64,000 bases of DNA, taken from positions 17,732,001-17,796,000 of the forward strand of contig NC_043009.1 in assembly GCF_006345805.1 (NCBI RefSeq). Reading direction: 5' to 3'. Positions 1-13,634 of the stretch are shown here, in pieces (the first letter of the stretch is position 1; every line of letters begins with the position of its first letter). Under the pieces are notes generated by a model. The model ran no database searches, was not told where the DNA came from, and was given only the letters and a program-made list of their open reading frames with translations. A program made the translations under genes and the position numbers. Source of the DNA: Octopus sinensis (lineage: Eukaryota).

Positions 1-3000
1 TAGAGTGACCGGTAGAGCAGAAATTGCACGAGACCAGGTGTCATTGTTGAGTTGGATGTCTCGGAGGTGTTCTGCGAACCGGTCAGCCAAGATGTATAGA
101 GAAGGGCAGAGAGAGCAGGTGATGCAGTAGATGATATTGGTAGAAGTGCAAGTGAAGGCGTCGGTGATGTGATAGGGTCGATGATGAGTGCTGATAAGGA
201 GGGTGGTGTTGGAGAGGTAAGGGCAAGTGCGGCAGTGTAGGCAGAAGCAGGGGAACAGGCTGTGTTGGGAGGTTGGGTTAGGGAAGAAGCTGTGGACCAA
301 GAGGTTTCATGGGTTGTGGGCTCGTTTGAAGGAGGAAAGGGGTCAGTTAGGGAAGATGTGCAAAGTGGACGGGTCAGACTGGAGTCACCGGAAGGCTTGG
401 AGAATGGTGCGTTGGAGAGGTAGGGTGGCGGGGTTGTGGGTGAGGGAAAATGGGAGACAGCGGCATGGGTGAGGGGGGAGAGAGCAGATGCACGGTCCAC
501 AGGACGTACTCTGGCAAGGGCAGTGTGGATAGTGGTGAGGGGATATACATGTAGAATGAAGAGGTGAGCCATGAGTTGAGACCAAGTCTCAAAGTCATGG
601 TTGTCACTACAGAGCCTGCGTAGACGGAGGAATTGGGAACAGGGGATGGAAAGCTTGGTGTGTTTAGGGAGGAAGGAGGAGAAGTTTAGGTATGAGTGTG
701 AGTCCATGTGTTTGTAGTGGATGGAGGTGGAGAGAGTGGAGTGAAGAATGCTGACCAAAATGTCAAGAAAGGAGACAGAGGTGTCAGAGATAGTGCAGGA
801 GAAGTGGAAGGCAGGATGGAAAGATTTGATAAAAGAGAGGAAGGAGTCTAGATGTTCACGGGAGAGTGGTCAATATAACGGCCATATAGTTTAGGAGTGG
901 AACCAGTGAAGCTTGTGAATATTTGGGCCTCAACCTAGCCAACAAACAGGTTTGCATAGTTGGGGGCCCATTCTCGTTTCCATGGCTACTCCCAAGATTT
1001 GCTGGTAGAAATCACCTGCGAGAGAAGCAGTTGAGTGAGAGGACAAGTTTGGCCAGACGAACGAGTGTGGATGTGTTGGGTTGGGGGTTGGGTCGAAGGT
1101 CAAGGAAATGTTGGAGTGCACACAGCCCCTTGTGGTGAGTGATCACTGTGTAAAGGCTCTGGATGTCGAGAGTGAAGAGAAGTTTAGAGGGGCCAGGAAG
1201 GAAGGAAAAAGAGTTAAACAAATGAAGCGCGTGGTTGGTGTCATGGATGTGAGAGGGGAGGGAAGCCACTAGGGGGGGGGGGCAAGAACATGGTCATGAT
1301 ATCTGGAGATGAGTTCGGTGGGGCAGTTGCAGGTGGAGACGATGGGGCAGCCAGGGTTGTTAGGTTTGTGGATTTTGGGGAGGAAGTAAATGGTGGGGGG
1401 TATGAGGAGCGTGGACAATGAGGTTGGAGATGGCAGGAGGAGATAAGGTCATGGATAGTGGAGGACACAGTATGTTGATGGCTGGGTGTGGGGTCAGAGG
1501 GCAGAGGGCAGTAGAAGGAGGTGTCTTGAAGTTGGCGGAGAGCTTCGGCCTTGTAGAGGTCCGCGCGTCACACCACCATGGCTCCACCCTTGTCGGCCAG
1601 TTTTATGATGATGTCAGTGTGGCGTCAGAGACATTGAAGGGCCAAGAGTTTGGCTGGGGAGATGTTTAGATAATGGGGATGCCTAGAAAAGTTAAGCCGG
1701 TCCACAGTGTGCTGGCAGGTGCCCGCAAAAAGATTGACTGCTTGGAACTGGCCAGGAGCTGGTGTCCACTGAGATGGTTGATGGCCCAGGTTGATGAAGC
1801 AGTCCTCCTCATTAGATGCAGGTGGAGTGTCGTGGAAAAGCGCATACAACCTAACACGGTGCACAAAGTTATGGATATCGGCATGAGTCTGAAATTCATT
1901 GCTGGATGGAGTGAGGGGGATGAAGCGCAGACCCCCTACTGAGGAGGGAGCACTCTGCTCCGCCTCAAAGAGGAAAGATCTGGAGAATGGTAACAACAGA
2001 CTGAAGTGGAGAAGGGTGGATGGGATAGAAGTAGGTGGGGTGGGTGGGGTAGAAGTGGGAGGGGTGGTGGGGATGGTGGAAGGCTCAGAGGGATGGGTTG
2101 GTGTATGTGTGTGAGGGGGTTGGAGGGACGGGGAGATGAGGGTGGGAGGAGTGTATCAGGGAGGGAGAGGCATAGTGGAGGAGTTGGGGTAGTGGTATCG
2201 AGTGTTGTGGAATGGAGTAGTGAGTAGAGTTTACGTTGTTTGGTGTTAGTGAGAAATTGATGAAAGAGATGATTTAAATGAATTATGTAGCGTAATGTGG
2301 TGTTGGCATGGGAGGGCAACTGAGAGGAGAAGAAGGTGGAAAAAGCAAGAGGAAGAAGACAGTCGATGGTGTGTATTTTGGAGAGATTAAAGCGAATGGT
2401 GGCACACATAAGGTGGTAGGATGTAGTACAGAGTATGGGTAGGATGGTTGTAGCAGAGTGTAGAGAGGGTTGGAAATGGAGGCACAACCCTTTGGGGATG
2501 AGGCAGTGATGTAAGCAGTGATTGAGAAACAAAATGTGACTAGAGAAACGAGTTTTTCTGAAAATGAGTAGATAAAGGTTAATAGAGGGCTGAAAGCAGC
2601 AGGAAGGAATGTGTGCAAAGGTATTGTTTTAGATGGTTGTGGAGATCGAGGAGAAAACGTTTATAATCGGGCATGATTGTAAAGCAAGAAGAGAAGATAA
2701 AGGAAGGAGAAAAAAGAGGAAAAAGGGGAGGGAGAGAGAGAAGGTAAATAAAGACGTGGGGAGGAAAAATTCAAAAGGTGTTGGGAGTAAAAAGCAAAAG
2801 GTGTGAGGAGAAAAAATGCAAAAGGCGTGAGGAGAAAAAATATATAATAGGGAAAGAAAGGACGAAGATAGAAGAAATAGAGAGAAAAGTGGGGAGGAGG
2901 GGAGAAGGGAAGACGAAAGGGGGAAAAGAAAGGGAGGAAGAGAGAGGCAAGGTAAAAGGTACAGACTAGAGAAAACAGAGTAAGAACAACCAGAGTAGGA

Positions 3001-3170
3001 AGAAATGACAATAGGAAAAAGCAGAAAGTACAAAAAATGTTTAGAAAGTACAAAAAAGTTAAGAAAAGTTCAAAAGGTTCAAAAGCTTCAGACATCTTGG
3101 TGTATTGGAGCGATTTTTCATCAACAGAAGAGTCCAGTGTAACCCATGGGTGGGAGAGCTGTAGCTGAAG
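1..3170 (-). mobile_element. Penelope-like retroelement (RT + GIY-YIG), frameshifted pseudogene; 3' end runs off the window
   Basis: Minus-strand fragments: N-terminal region (FLNHCLHHCLIPKGLCLHFQPS, 1936-2532); RT motifs LLFTLDIQSLYTVITHHKGL and QILGVAMETRMGP (930-1269); GIY-YIG start FTCTSTNIIYCITCSLCPSLYI..LADRFAEHLRDI at 40-180. Confidence 0.9.
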
Positions 3171-3171
3171 A

Positions 3172-3217
<46 letters not shown>

Positions 3218-3552
3218 ATATATATAGACAACACCCCCATTATTTGGAAAATGTAGGTAAAATTGATGAAGAATAATTGTATTTGTTTGGACAAGTGATG
3301 CAAATGATTATGGAATGTTTAGAGAGAAGAGTGACATGTTGTCATTGGAAAGTGTCTGTAGAAGAAAATTATTTGGGAAATAATATCACAAAATCTCAGG
3401 TGTCTCACGGATGGAACAAAAGATCAAGGAAAGTATTGGTAAATTGTAGATAAAACTTGACCAACAAAGTACAAAGTATACAACACACTTGACCAATGCT
3501 TGCAATAAAGGTCATGACACATAACAGTTGAGATAATCTCTATAAATATATA

Positions 3553-4468
3553 TGAGGTGGTATCAAAACGTTCCTGGACTAGTTATGTTCAATAAAAATA
3601 ACTTATTTACCTAAGTTTTAACATCATCTCATTTGAAATAGTCACCTCGTAGAGCAATACACCTGTCCCAGCATTCTTGCTACTTTTGGAATCCAGCCTG
3701 GAAGTCATTTCCTGTAAGCAAGTCAAGGACCTTCTGCAATTCACATTGGACTTTGGACAACAGGGTTAAAACAGCAACCTTTGACTGCATTTTCATCATG
3801 GAGAAGAAATGGTAATCCACAGGTGCTAAGTTTGGTGAATAGGGTGGGTGTGAAAGCAATACCATGTTGTTTTTGGTGAGAAACTCAGGAATGAGAGGAG
3901 CTCAGTGACAAGGTGCATTGTTGTTGTGAAGAATCCAATTTTTCCTGATCCACAGATCTGGTCACTTTTGCCAAATGTCTTCTATCAAATGCTTCAAAAC
4001 ATCATTGATTCTCTTTAGACAATCCTCGTGCACAAGCTGATGAATTTTTACACATTTTGTTGGGTGGTGCTTCTGGCATGTCTTGCACATTGTTCATCAT
4101 CTTTCAGGGACGTTCTTCCACTTTTGAAGTTCCATGCCACTCGAAACATTGTGTGTGACCCATTGCCTCACAGCCATAAGCTTGCCAAAGCATGCTCAAT
4201 GTCTTTGTAGCAGACTTTCCAAGTTTAACGCAAAATTTCACATTGGCTCATTGTTCCAACTTCCTACGCATGACAAAAATCACAGGCTACAGCATCCACA
4301 TGTGATCACAGAAACACAAATTTCACAACTTGCAAAGTAAGCTCAGTGATGTCTCTTGGCACACTGCCTCATGAAGGTCCCTGCTAGCTCTCACTGCACA
4401 TGCAACCGTATGCTGCCATCAGTTTGTGCACTATAGAACTAGTCTGGGAACTCTTTGATACCACCTTG
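3553..4468 (-). mobile_element. Internally deleted mariner DNA transposon
   Basis: ~32-bp TIRs (tgaggtggtatcaaaacgttcctggactagtt / aactagtctgggaactctttgataccaccttg), TA on both sides, and the mariner motif HPPYSPNLAPVDY (ORF 3680-3865). Confidence 0.9.
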
Positions 4469-5829
4469 TAGCATATTCGCATAATTTCACTGTACAGGGT
4501 TTTCAATCTTTGGTCTCTGTTAGCTTTCACTTATTTCTGAAAATGTTCACCTGAAATGCAACAGAGAAAAACAGCTTGGTCAAGCAATTATGATCACATG
4601 ACCTCCAATGAATTGTATGAAATGCTGACATTAATGACCTGCTATGGAAATTGCAATGGAAGCACATGATGAGGAAATACAAAAAAAAAAAAAGAAAAAA
4701 GCTAGGAGAAGAACTGAAATCAAACATGAAAGCTTCAGTACCTATTCATGTTTTTTTTAAATATTTCCTTTTTCTCTCTTTTTTTCAGTCTATTGGTGTT
4801 TGCTAGTCTCACCCAATATTGCCAAACAGAATGGTAATTTAATTATCAATAAAATCTCAATTTGTCAGAATTAAAATAACTGCTTCATCTTGTCTGCCGA
4901 ATGGATTGAGAAAATGTTATTTATTTTCTTTTTTTCTTCTTCTTTTATTATATTTTGATTTCTTAAAGTATAATTTTTTTTCTGAAAATTTTCCTTTAAA
5001 AGGAGTGAAAAAATAGAAAATTGAATTTTAGATTGTTTTGACAGATTGTGTAAGAATAATGAAGGCCTATTGTGCAAAGAAAAGTTAAGGTTATAATTGA
5101 TTGAAAGAGCCTAGCATATGTTTGGTACTTATATTTAGTTGACATTTGAGGAATGAAAGATTAAGTAAATTCTCCCAGAATTATAAGCCACATTTACTCT
5201 TGTTAATCTTTTCATGAAAACTCAAATCTGTGATCCAGTTTTAATTCCCAGTTGTATTTATTTTATTCCGTTTAGATAGCACAGATATCACATAATTGTT
5301 TCATTTTACCTATAAAACCTTCTCCATAAGGTATTTATATTGTTGTTGCTATTCCAACTTTTGTTGCTGTTGTTATTGTTGGCAATGATGGGGAATGTTA
5401 CAGCTATTCATTAAAAGTGGATAAATTATTTTCACATTCATTGTTGCAGTGATAGGAGGGTCCTCTCTGAACAACAAACCTGACTCATTAACAATGTCCT
5501 ATTAATTATAGAGTGAACAATACTTGTATAATTTTCAGTTTTCTTTCCCCGCTTCTGCCTCTTTTTGGTTTTCTTTTTTTTTCCCCTTTTTCTTGAGTTT
5601 TCTTCCATTTTCACTTTTCAACCCTACATAATTCATTGTTTTCAAAACCTTAGACTTCAAACTTGACCAATCATAATTCTTCTCTCAATAAAATCCTAGT
5701 GGTATTTCTTCCAGCTCTGTACATTCTGAATTAAAATTCAACCAAGGTCAACTTTACCCTCCATACTTCTGAGGTCCAGCTGTTACTACTACTGTTGCTA
5801 CTATTGCTATTTTTATGATTCTCTCCAGT

Positions 5830-7170
5830 TTTTATGTTCTTCTAGGCTGTGTCATTTCTCAGTTGTTTCTACAGCTTAGATATACACTTTCCTCAACAAA
5901 TACGTTGATACACTCTAGCCCATACCTCTTGCACATTTCCAGTCAAGTGTCCATCATTGATGAGACCAAGAAAGGTTGAAATCACATGATCTGGAGGTTT
6001 TGGTGCTGGAGTTGGCAGTGATTTATCTTCCCACTAGTGATATATACAAGTGTGCATTTTGCATCAAAAGCCGGTATGACAGTTTCTCTCGTGGTATCTA
6101 CTGCAGTATAGTTTGTTCTAACAGAACATCTATATTTAAGTGGGGATAAATATTACATTTCCAAGTGTGTCCACTGAGTAATTTTGTCATAGCATTTTCT
6201 GTACTCCTTCTAGGCTAGTTTTGAATACCACAAACTGCAAATTTGACTGTTTCAGATGAATTTCCACTTAAACTACAAAGAAATGTTTCTGCAGTCTTAT
6301 CAGTACTGTACTTGATTACAATTGCTTGCAAAGCTTTTTTATGAGCAGCAACTATCAAACCTTCTGTCTCCTTTAAAAATCCATGTCTTAGCCATCTCCT
6401 GGATTTTTGCTCTACTACATCTGACACTCATTGGATAAACTCTCCATGAATGACTTTATTTCTAGTCACTGGTCTTTTTCCATAAGTCCTTTTTTATTTC
6501 TCCTGGAGATACCCTTCACTATCATTAATCCCCTTTTTATTCACCGCAGTCTACAACATCCATTCATCACTCTGCCTAAGATAAGTATACAATGATTTAT
6601 TTCGCTTCCTAACTCTCTCCTCTGTCCCAATCAATCTTTTCCGCTTTCCTTTCTTGATAGATAAAACTTAGTCACATTACTTCTAGTGTGAAGGCATCTG
6701 TGCATGACCATTAACTTGTTCATTCTTCTGTCCAGTCCACAACTCCCAGACTGTAGTGGACATGCTTACAGCCTAAGCATTGATGCCACTCATTCAGCTT
6801 GGATTAACACAGCTCCTTCACTCTTCCAATGTACTCTGATGGGATCATGTCCTTTGTTTTGGTGTTTGTCATCTCTCTACCTGTAAAAGCAAGGTGCTTG
6901 TATTCTTCTCTTTCCAATTCCCTTTCATATTTATCATCCAGAAGCTCTACTTTTCTTCCCCTCCTTATTTTTAGGACAGCACACTTACCTAGACCAAACA
7001 ACATCTGAATATCTTGTAAGTAAATTCATATAAGCTGAAAAAGTGAGTCAAGATGATCCCTGCTAGCAGTATAAATCTTTAGATTCTTCATGAACTGTAA
7101 GTTACAAATGGCCTCATGTTCTGTTACCATCTGTAACTAGCTCTAATCTTCTTCAAAACGGACTTACTGG
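5830..7170 (-). mobile_element. Old R4/Dong-type (RLE) LINE remnant
   Basis: Minus-strand fragments FGLGKCAVLKIRRGRK..EYKHL and WLRHGFLKETEGLIVAA, resembling the better-preserved element at 54.6-55.9 kb (GLKSETEGFIIAAQ). Confidence 0.7.
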
Positions 7171-7395
7171 CAGCATAATACCAATATCGGGGTTGATAAA
7201 TTAAGTACCAGTTACGCACTGGGGTCGATGTAATCGACTTAATACCTATGTCTGTCCTTGTTTGTCCCCTCTGTGTTTAGCCCCTTGTGGGTAATAAAGA
7301 AATAAGTAACAGTAAAGGGTCTCCTAGAAAGATTCCTTTCCTGATGTTGACCCACCACCACCATCACCACCACAACCATCATCATCATCATTATT

Positions 7396-7606
7396 AAGGT
7401 GATGAACTGGAAGAATCATTAGCAAGCCGGGCAAAATGCTTAGCATCATTTCATCCATCTTTACGTTTTGAATTCAGATTCAGCAGAGGTTGTCCTTACC
7501 TTTCATCCTTTAAGGGTCAATAAGATATGTATCAGTTGAGCATTGTGGTCAATATAACCAACTTAACCCCTCCCCTGAAACTGCAAGCCTTGTGCCACAA
7601 TTTGAA
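7396..7606 (+). mobile_element. tRNA-derived SINE, family B (Nin-domain-like core)
   Basis: Head aaggtgatgaactggaagaatcattagc, core cctttcatccttt..ggtcaataa, and a (TTA)n tail. The same family recurs at 22021-22230 and 54354-54566. Confidence 0.75.
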
Positions 7607-7620
7607 ATTATTATTATTAT

Positions 7621-8072
7621 TGAATGAGAGAGCAGTGCATGGCACTGAGGTACAAATATATGAAGCCCAGTATACCCAACATGACTACCCATCTGTTAAG
7701 GGTACACCAGACACATGCATCACAACCATATGTGTGTGACATGGTGATCTCATATCAAGATATACAGTGCATGACCTTGCAGGTGGGACCCAGTTAGAAT
7801 TCTTTTCAGGTCAAGTAGCCCATCCCATTCAAAAGGTCCCTGAATAAGGGTTGTTTAAGGATATTGAACAAAACACCCATGTTTCCAGTGGTGAAGTATC
7901 CAAATTCCAGAGAATCCCTCTCAACACATGGCTATGATGCTCCCCCACTACTTCTGCTTGTGATCAGAGATGTGCATATCGTCAGCCACTAAGGGACATG
8001 CTCAACTGGTTATGGCCAAGTAACTGTCAAGCAAATCTGCAGTGTCAAGCAGAATATTTGCTGTAGCCCATC

Positions 8073-8075
<3 letters not shown>
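7621..8075. repeat. ~450-bp interspersed repeat flanked by (TTA)n (copy 1)
   Basis: Collinear with 56046-56505; both copies are bounded by (TTA)n-type tracts. Confidence 0.85.
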
Positions 8076-8126
<51 letters not shown>

Positions 8127-8984
8127 GATGGTGAGATGGCAGAATCATTAAAACATCAGAAAAACGTTTTGTATTATTTGCTGAGGTTCACTCCATGTTT
8201 CATTCTGCTGGTGGTGGTGGTGGTAGCCATGGGGATAATGAAGCACAGTGCTGGTTAAATACTGCAGTTCATGGTATCAACTAGATTCCTCCCTCAAAAT
8301 AAGTGGCCTTGTTATTATTTTTGTTATCAATTATTTGTCCTGGAATGATCACAGTGATTTTTCACGTTACTTTTGTTGTTTGTTGTAACCATTCTCGTAT
8401 CTTTATAATTGAGGTTTAATACCCAGAGCAAGTGAGAGTAAGAAGTTCAGTGAGTGTATTTCTTTTGTAGACATTTTAAAATCAATTAAGTTTTAGACTG
8501 AGAATATATGTGTAAGAAGTAGATATATATATGTATATATGTATGTATATTGAAGCTCAGCTATTTTGCTGTACGGATATCATATATATATATATATATA
8601 TGAGAATACTCATATCAATATATATATATATATATATATTTGCATATGTATAGAAACATACACACACACACATACCCCCCCACACACAGAGGTATGTGTG
8701 TATGCACATGCTGTGTGTGTGACTCTATGTTTGTTTACATCATTTGCTCACATATTTGAAAGTCATGATATTTGCAGTTTTCTATTGGCAGTTGTCCTGT
8801 TCAGAAATCATCCACTTTTCTTTGTGTCTCAAAAGCCAAATGTACTTAAAAAATCCATAACTTGAAAAACAGGTAAGGGTTAGTGCCATGGAGGGTATCT
8901 GGCTGTAAAACAATGCTTCAATAATATATTCATTTAACCTATGCTAATATGGAAAATGGGATGTAAAACAAACAAATTAATACG

Positions 8985-9120
8985 GTTCTATATCTAAGAG
9001 ATGAGGAATTATATACATTATTTACATTTGACGGATATTTGTCCTCATCTTGTTTGTTGTTAACACAACGTTTCGGCTGATATACCCTCCATCCTTCATC
9101 AGATGGTTTGGGGATATTTC
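8985..9120 (-). mobile_element. Penelope pLTR fragment with a minimal hammerhead motif
   Basis: Homologous to 57180-57320 and 10560-10705. The minus strand of 9062-9107 reads accat-CTGATGA-a-ggatg-gagggtatat-cagcc-GAAA-cgt-T-gtgtt. Confidence 0.8.
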
Positions 9121-9208
9121 TTCTTCTTCTTCTCTTCTTCTTCTTCTTCTCTTCTTCTTCTTCTTCTTCTTCTTCTTCTTCTTCTTCTTCTTCTTCTTCT
9201 TCTTCTTC
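9118..9208. repeat. (TTC)n microsatellite at the 3' end of the RTE copy
   Basis: Direct reading. Confidence 0.95.
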
Positions 9209-10508
9209 AACTGGGGTCTGGGAAGCCCGAAGGCTGCACCAGACCAGTCAGATCTGGCAGTGTTTCTACAGCTGGATGCCCTTCCTAATGCCAACCACTC
9301 CGAGAGTGTAGTGGGTGATTTTATGTGCCACCGACACAGGTGCCAGACGAGGCTGGCAAACAGCCATGCTCGGATGGTGTTTTTTATGTGCCACCGACAC
9401 AGGTGCCAGACAAGGCTGGCGAACGGCCACGCTCGGATGGTGTTTTTTTATGTGCCACCGACACAGGTGCCAGACGAGGCTGGTGAACGGCCACGATCAG
9501 ATGGTGTTTGTTACGTGCCCACAGCACAGAGGCCAGTCGATGCGGTACTGGCTACGGCCACGTTCGGATGGTTTTCTTATGTACCACCGGCACTGGTACC
9601 ATAAAGATACAAATTCCATTGATGTTCATCGATTTTGATTTGGCTTGATTTTCACTTGCCTCAACAGGTCTTCACAAGTGTCCCAAGAAGGAAGGTATGC
9701 ACAGGTGGACTGACTACGTCCCAGGTAGGGGCCATGGGTTATGGCCTCATGTGTCCTGCCGGGTCTTCTCGCACACAGCATACTTCCAAAGGTCTCGGTC
9801 TCTGGCCATTTCCTCAGTGAGACCTAAAGCGCGAAGGTCGTTCTTCACCACCTCATCCCAGGCTTTCCTGGGTCTACCTCTTCCACAGGTTCCCTCAACC
9901 GCTAGGGTGTGGCACTTTTTCACACAACTATCTTCATCCATTCTTACTACGTGTCCATACCAGCGTAGACGCCTCTCTTGCACACCACATCTGATGCTTC
10001 TTAGGTCCAACTTTTCTCTCAAGGCACTTACACTCTGTCAGGTATGAACACTGACATTACACATCCAACGGACCATACTGGCTTCATTTCTTGCGAGCTT
10101 ATCCTCAGCAGTCACGGCCCATGTTTCACTGCCATGTAGCATGGCTGTTTGCACACATGCATCATACAGTCTGCCTTTTACTCTGAGTGAGAGGCCCTTT
10201 GTCACCAGCAGAGGTAAGAGCTCTCTGAACTTTGCCCAGGCTATTCTTACTCTAGCAGTTACACTTTCGGCACATCCACCCCCGCTACTGACTTGGTCAC
10301 CTAGGTAACGGAAACTATCAACTATTTCAAGTTTTTCTCCCTGGAATGTGGCGGAAGATGGTCTCTGCACATCTTCAGTCTTTATTGAACCAGAGCATCT
10401 GCCACATACAAAAACTATCTTCCTGGTTAGCCTTCCTTTGACATTGCTGCACCTCTTATGTGTCCATAGCTTACACTTGGTGCATCTTATAGAGTTCCTA
10501 CCTACGCC

Positions 10509-10510
<2 letters not shown>
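9209..10510 (-). mobile_element. 5'-truncated RTE-clade LINE (RT C-terminus plus 3' UTR with ~63-bp tandem subrepeats)
   Basis: FRYLGDQVSSGGGC..RVRIAWAKFREL..LHGSETW and RRLRWYGHVVRM..GRGRPRKAW; UTR subrepeats at 9322-9600. Confidence 0.92.
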
Positions 10511-10544
<34 letters not shown>

Positions 10545-10705
10545 GTAATAATAATAACATCGAAAACTACCTTAGGAGTGAGAACCCAGGTTCAAAATCT
10601 CCCCAAGACTCCTGATGAAGGCTGGAGGGTATATCAGCCGAAACTTTGTGTTAACAACAAACAAGATGAGGACAAATATCTGTCAAATGTAAATAATGTA
10701 AATAA
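10510..10705 (+). mobile_element. Penelope pLTR fragment ((AAT)n plus hammerhead motif)
   Basis: 10607-10652 reads gactc-CTGATGA-a-ggctg-gagggtatat-cagcc-GAAA-ctt-T-gtgtt; homologous to 57180-57400. Confidence 0.8.
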
Positions 10706-10831
10706 TAAACAAATTAATATACAGACACCTCACACATATGCAGGTATGCATGTCTCTTTGTGTGCGCGTGTGTGTGTATGTGTGTGTGCATATGTGTATG
10801 CGTGTGTGTGTATAATATACATATAAATATA

Positions 10832-12307
10832 CACTGAACTGCAAAAGAAATGCAAGATGTGTGAGGCTGTGAAATATGTTTTAATTTCATTATGTCAGAG
10901 ACAAATTTTGATAAATCTGATAAAGTCAAATTCTTGGATGCACTTTGACCACAGTCTATAGGTGATTGTCATGTATTCTGGTAGTGGGCAGATCCAGCAC
11001 ATTGAAATTGTAGGGCATAACATGTTCGATACGGTTTATGCCCTCCCTGGGTGTTCAAAACAGCCATACACCATCGGTACATGGAGTACATGAGGTGGTT
11101 CATAAACACCATTGGCACCTGTGCCCACACCCTGAGGAAAGCTGCCTCCAGTTCCACACGAGCTGTTTGGCCTTGTGACCACCTGGTTCAGTCATCTCTG
11201 GATTTCATCCCACAAGTGTTCAATTGGGTTCAAATCCAGGCTGAGAGCTGGCCATGGCATGGTTCTGATTTTGTGCTGATGCAGGAAGTCCATGGTGACT
11301 CTGGCTGTGTGGGAGGGAGCATTGTTCTGCTGGAACACGTTGCTATAGTGACACACAAAGAAGGGCACGTTGTGAGGTCTTAGGATCTCGTCAACATAAA
11401 ACTGTGCTGTAATGCCATTCCCTCATTTTGGGACACATGGGGCCCAGTTCTCTGATTCAGGCCTATAGCACCCCAAACCATAATGCTTTGGTCACCCCAC
11501 ACATCTCTCTCCAAGACACATGCATCTTTGTAGCATTCACCCCTTATGCCATACCCTCACTCAGCCATCAAAGGTGGAAATGCAGTACTGGCTCTCATCA
11601 GAGAAGACTATCGACTTCCATTGTTGATGCTGCCAATGTCAGTGCTGTGTAGCCCAGTGTAGTCATGCCTGACAATGGCAGGCGGTGAGGGTGAGGACAG
11701 GCCCTCAAGCAGAACGATGGCAACACAGGTTGTTAGTGGCCGGTTGACGTCGTAGCATGTTGTTGCTGATAGGTCGCTGTCCAGGGTCAATGGTCTTGCA
11801 AGCTGTCATGCTGGCTGGTCTGAAGCAATCACAGACGTGTTGCAGGTGCATGAAGCAGTCCTGCCTGGGCGTGGCCATCTGGGGGCGACCTCTACGGGCA
11901 TGGTCTGCAGTGTTGTTGATGTTTTATTGTTGTTGCAGGTGATAGATGGTGCTGACGTGGACATTGTAAGCTTTCACAACAGCCAGGGCACACTGCCCTG
12001 CTTGCAATCGGCCAATAGCTTGTTCTCTCTGCGCTGCTGACAATTGGGTCGTACCTGATGTGTCCAAATTATGAATGCCATAACTTTTTTATACCTGTAA
12101 CCTCCACAAGAAGCACGTGCATTTATGTTTTCATGACAATGGTTTTTGACTGCCACCTACGGGAAAGTTGAAAGGTTTCCTGCAATTTGGGTCTCAGCCA
12201 TAAACCAGCATGTCTTGGAATATTTACTTACATCTCCAAAATAAGTTTTCAGAATTTACCATATAAAAATGACATTTGAAAAAATTGAGTTTCTTTGCAG
12301 ATTAGTG
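10832..12307 (-). mobile_element. Near full-length decayed Tc1-like transposon
   Basis: TIRs (TA)cactgaactgcaaaagaaa / tttctttgcagattagtg(TA); minus-strand motifs FYVDEILRPH, FQQNNAPSHTA and WPALSLDLNPIEHLWD. Confidence 0.9.
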
Positions 12308-12319
12308 TATTTGTGTGAA

Positions 12320-12397
<78 letters not shown>

Positions 12398-12404
<7 letters not shown>

Positions 12405-13634
12405 AAAGGGCTTAGTAAAATAAATTACTTTGCCGCATACTGAACTCATTAGAAATAGCAGCTAAAAAACTTTTTTAAAGCTATTTCTAATACTTAAAGA
12501 AAATCTCTCTCATATATAGTGTTTGCTTAATTCAACTCACAAAAGTTTGGGGGTAAGGACATCGAAAAATCAAATGCTAAGGTTATTTGAGAACGTACGT
12601 TTCAAGATTAGTCAAAACAACACTTCTATCATCAGCTCAGAAATTCCTTGGTTTGGATTTGGAAACACTGAAAATAAGAACATACCCTTTCGAAGATCTG
12701 CTCGTAACTAACAGTGCCAACAAATTCAAATAAGCAAGCGAAGAATCTCTGTTCTCCCTTTTCCACCAGCGTGGGTTAAAATCATCAAACACTATGCTTA
12801 TTTCGGTAAAATCCGAAGCATTAATCAGAGGGAGATTAATTATAATTTCAACAATTGAGGGCAAAATTAATTAATTATTAATCAATTTCACCAAGTGTTC
12901 AGTATGCAAAGGGACCATTCAAGGCGAATTCAAATTATTACATTATATAAAAGGGCTTAGTAAAATAAATTACTTTGCCGCATACTGAACTCATTAGAAA
13001 TAGCAGCTAAAAAACTTTTTTAAAGCTATTTCTAATACTTAAAGAAAATCTCTCTCATATATAGTGTTTGCTTAATTCAACTCACAAAAGTTTGGGGGTA
13101 AGGACATCGAAAAATCAAATGCTAAGGTTATTTGAGAACGTACGTTTCAAGATTAGTCAAAACAACACTTCTATCATCAGCTCAGAAATTCCTTGGTTTG
13201 GATTTGGAAACACTGAAAATAAGAACATACCCTTTCGAAGATCTTCGAAAGGGTATGTTCTTATTTTCAGTGTTTCCAAATCCAAACCAAGGAATTTCTG
13301 AGCTGATGATAGAAGTGTTGTTTTGACTAATCTTGAAAAGTACGTTCTCAAATAACCTTAGCATTTGATTTTTCGATGTCCTTACACCCAAACTTTTGTG
13401 AGTTGAATTAAGCAAACACTATATATGAGAGAGATTTTCTTTAAGTATTAGAAATAGCTTTAAAAAAGTTTTTTAGCTGCTATTTCTAATGAGTTCAGTA
13501 TGCGGCAAAGTAATTTATTTTACTAAGCCCTTTTATATAATGTAATAATTTGAATTCGCCTTGAATGGTCCCTTTGCATACTGAACACTTGGTGAAATTG
13601 ATTAATAATTAATTAATTTTGCCCTCAATTGTTG

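Noticed and set aside
2629-3095. Long hydrophobic ORFs (134-144 aa)
   Set aside because: Low-complexity pyrimidine-rich 5' region of the Penelope element; not membrane-protein genes.
9320-9600. ~63-bp direct repeats resembling a CRISPR array
   Set aside because: No unique spacers and no cas genes; these are tandem subrepeats of the RTE 3' UTR, also seen at 25.8 and 50.5 kb.
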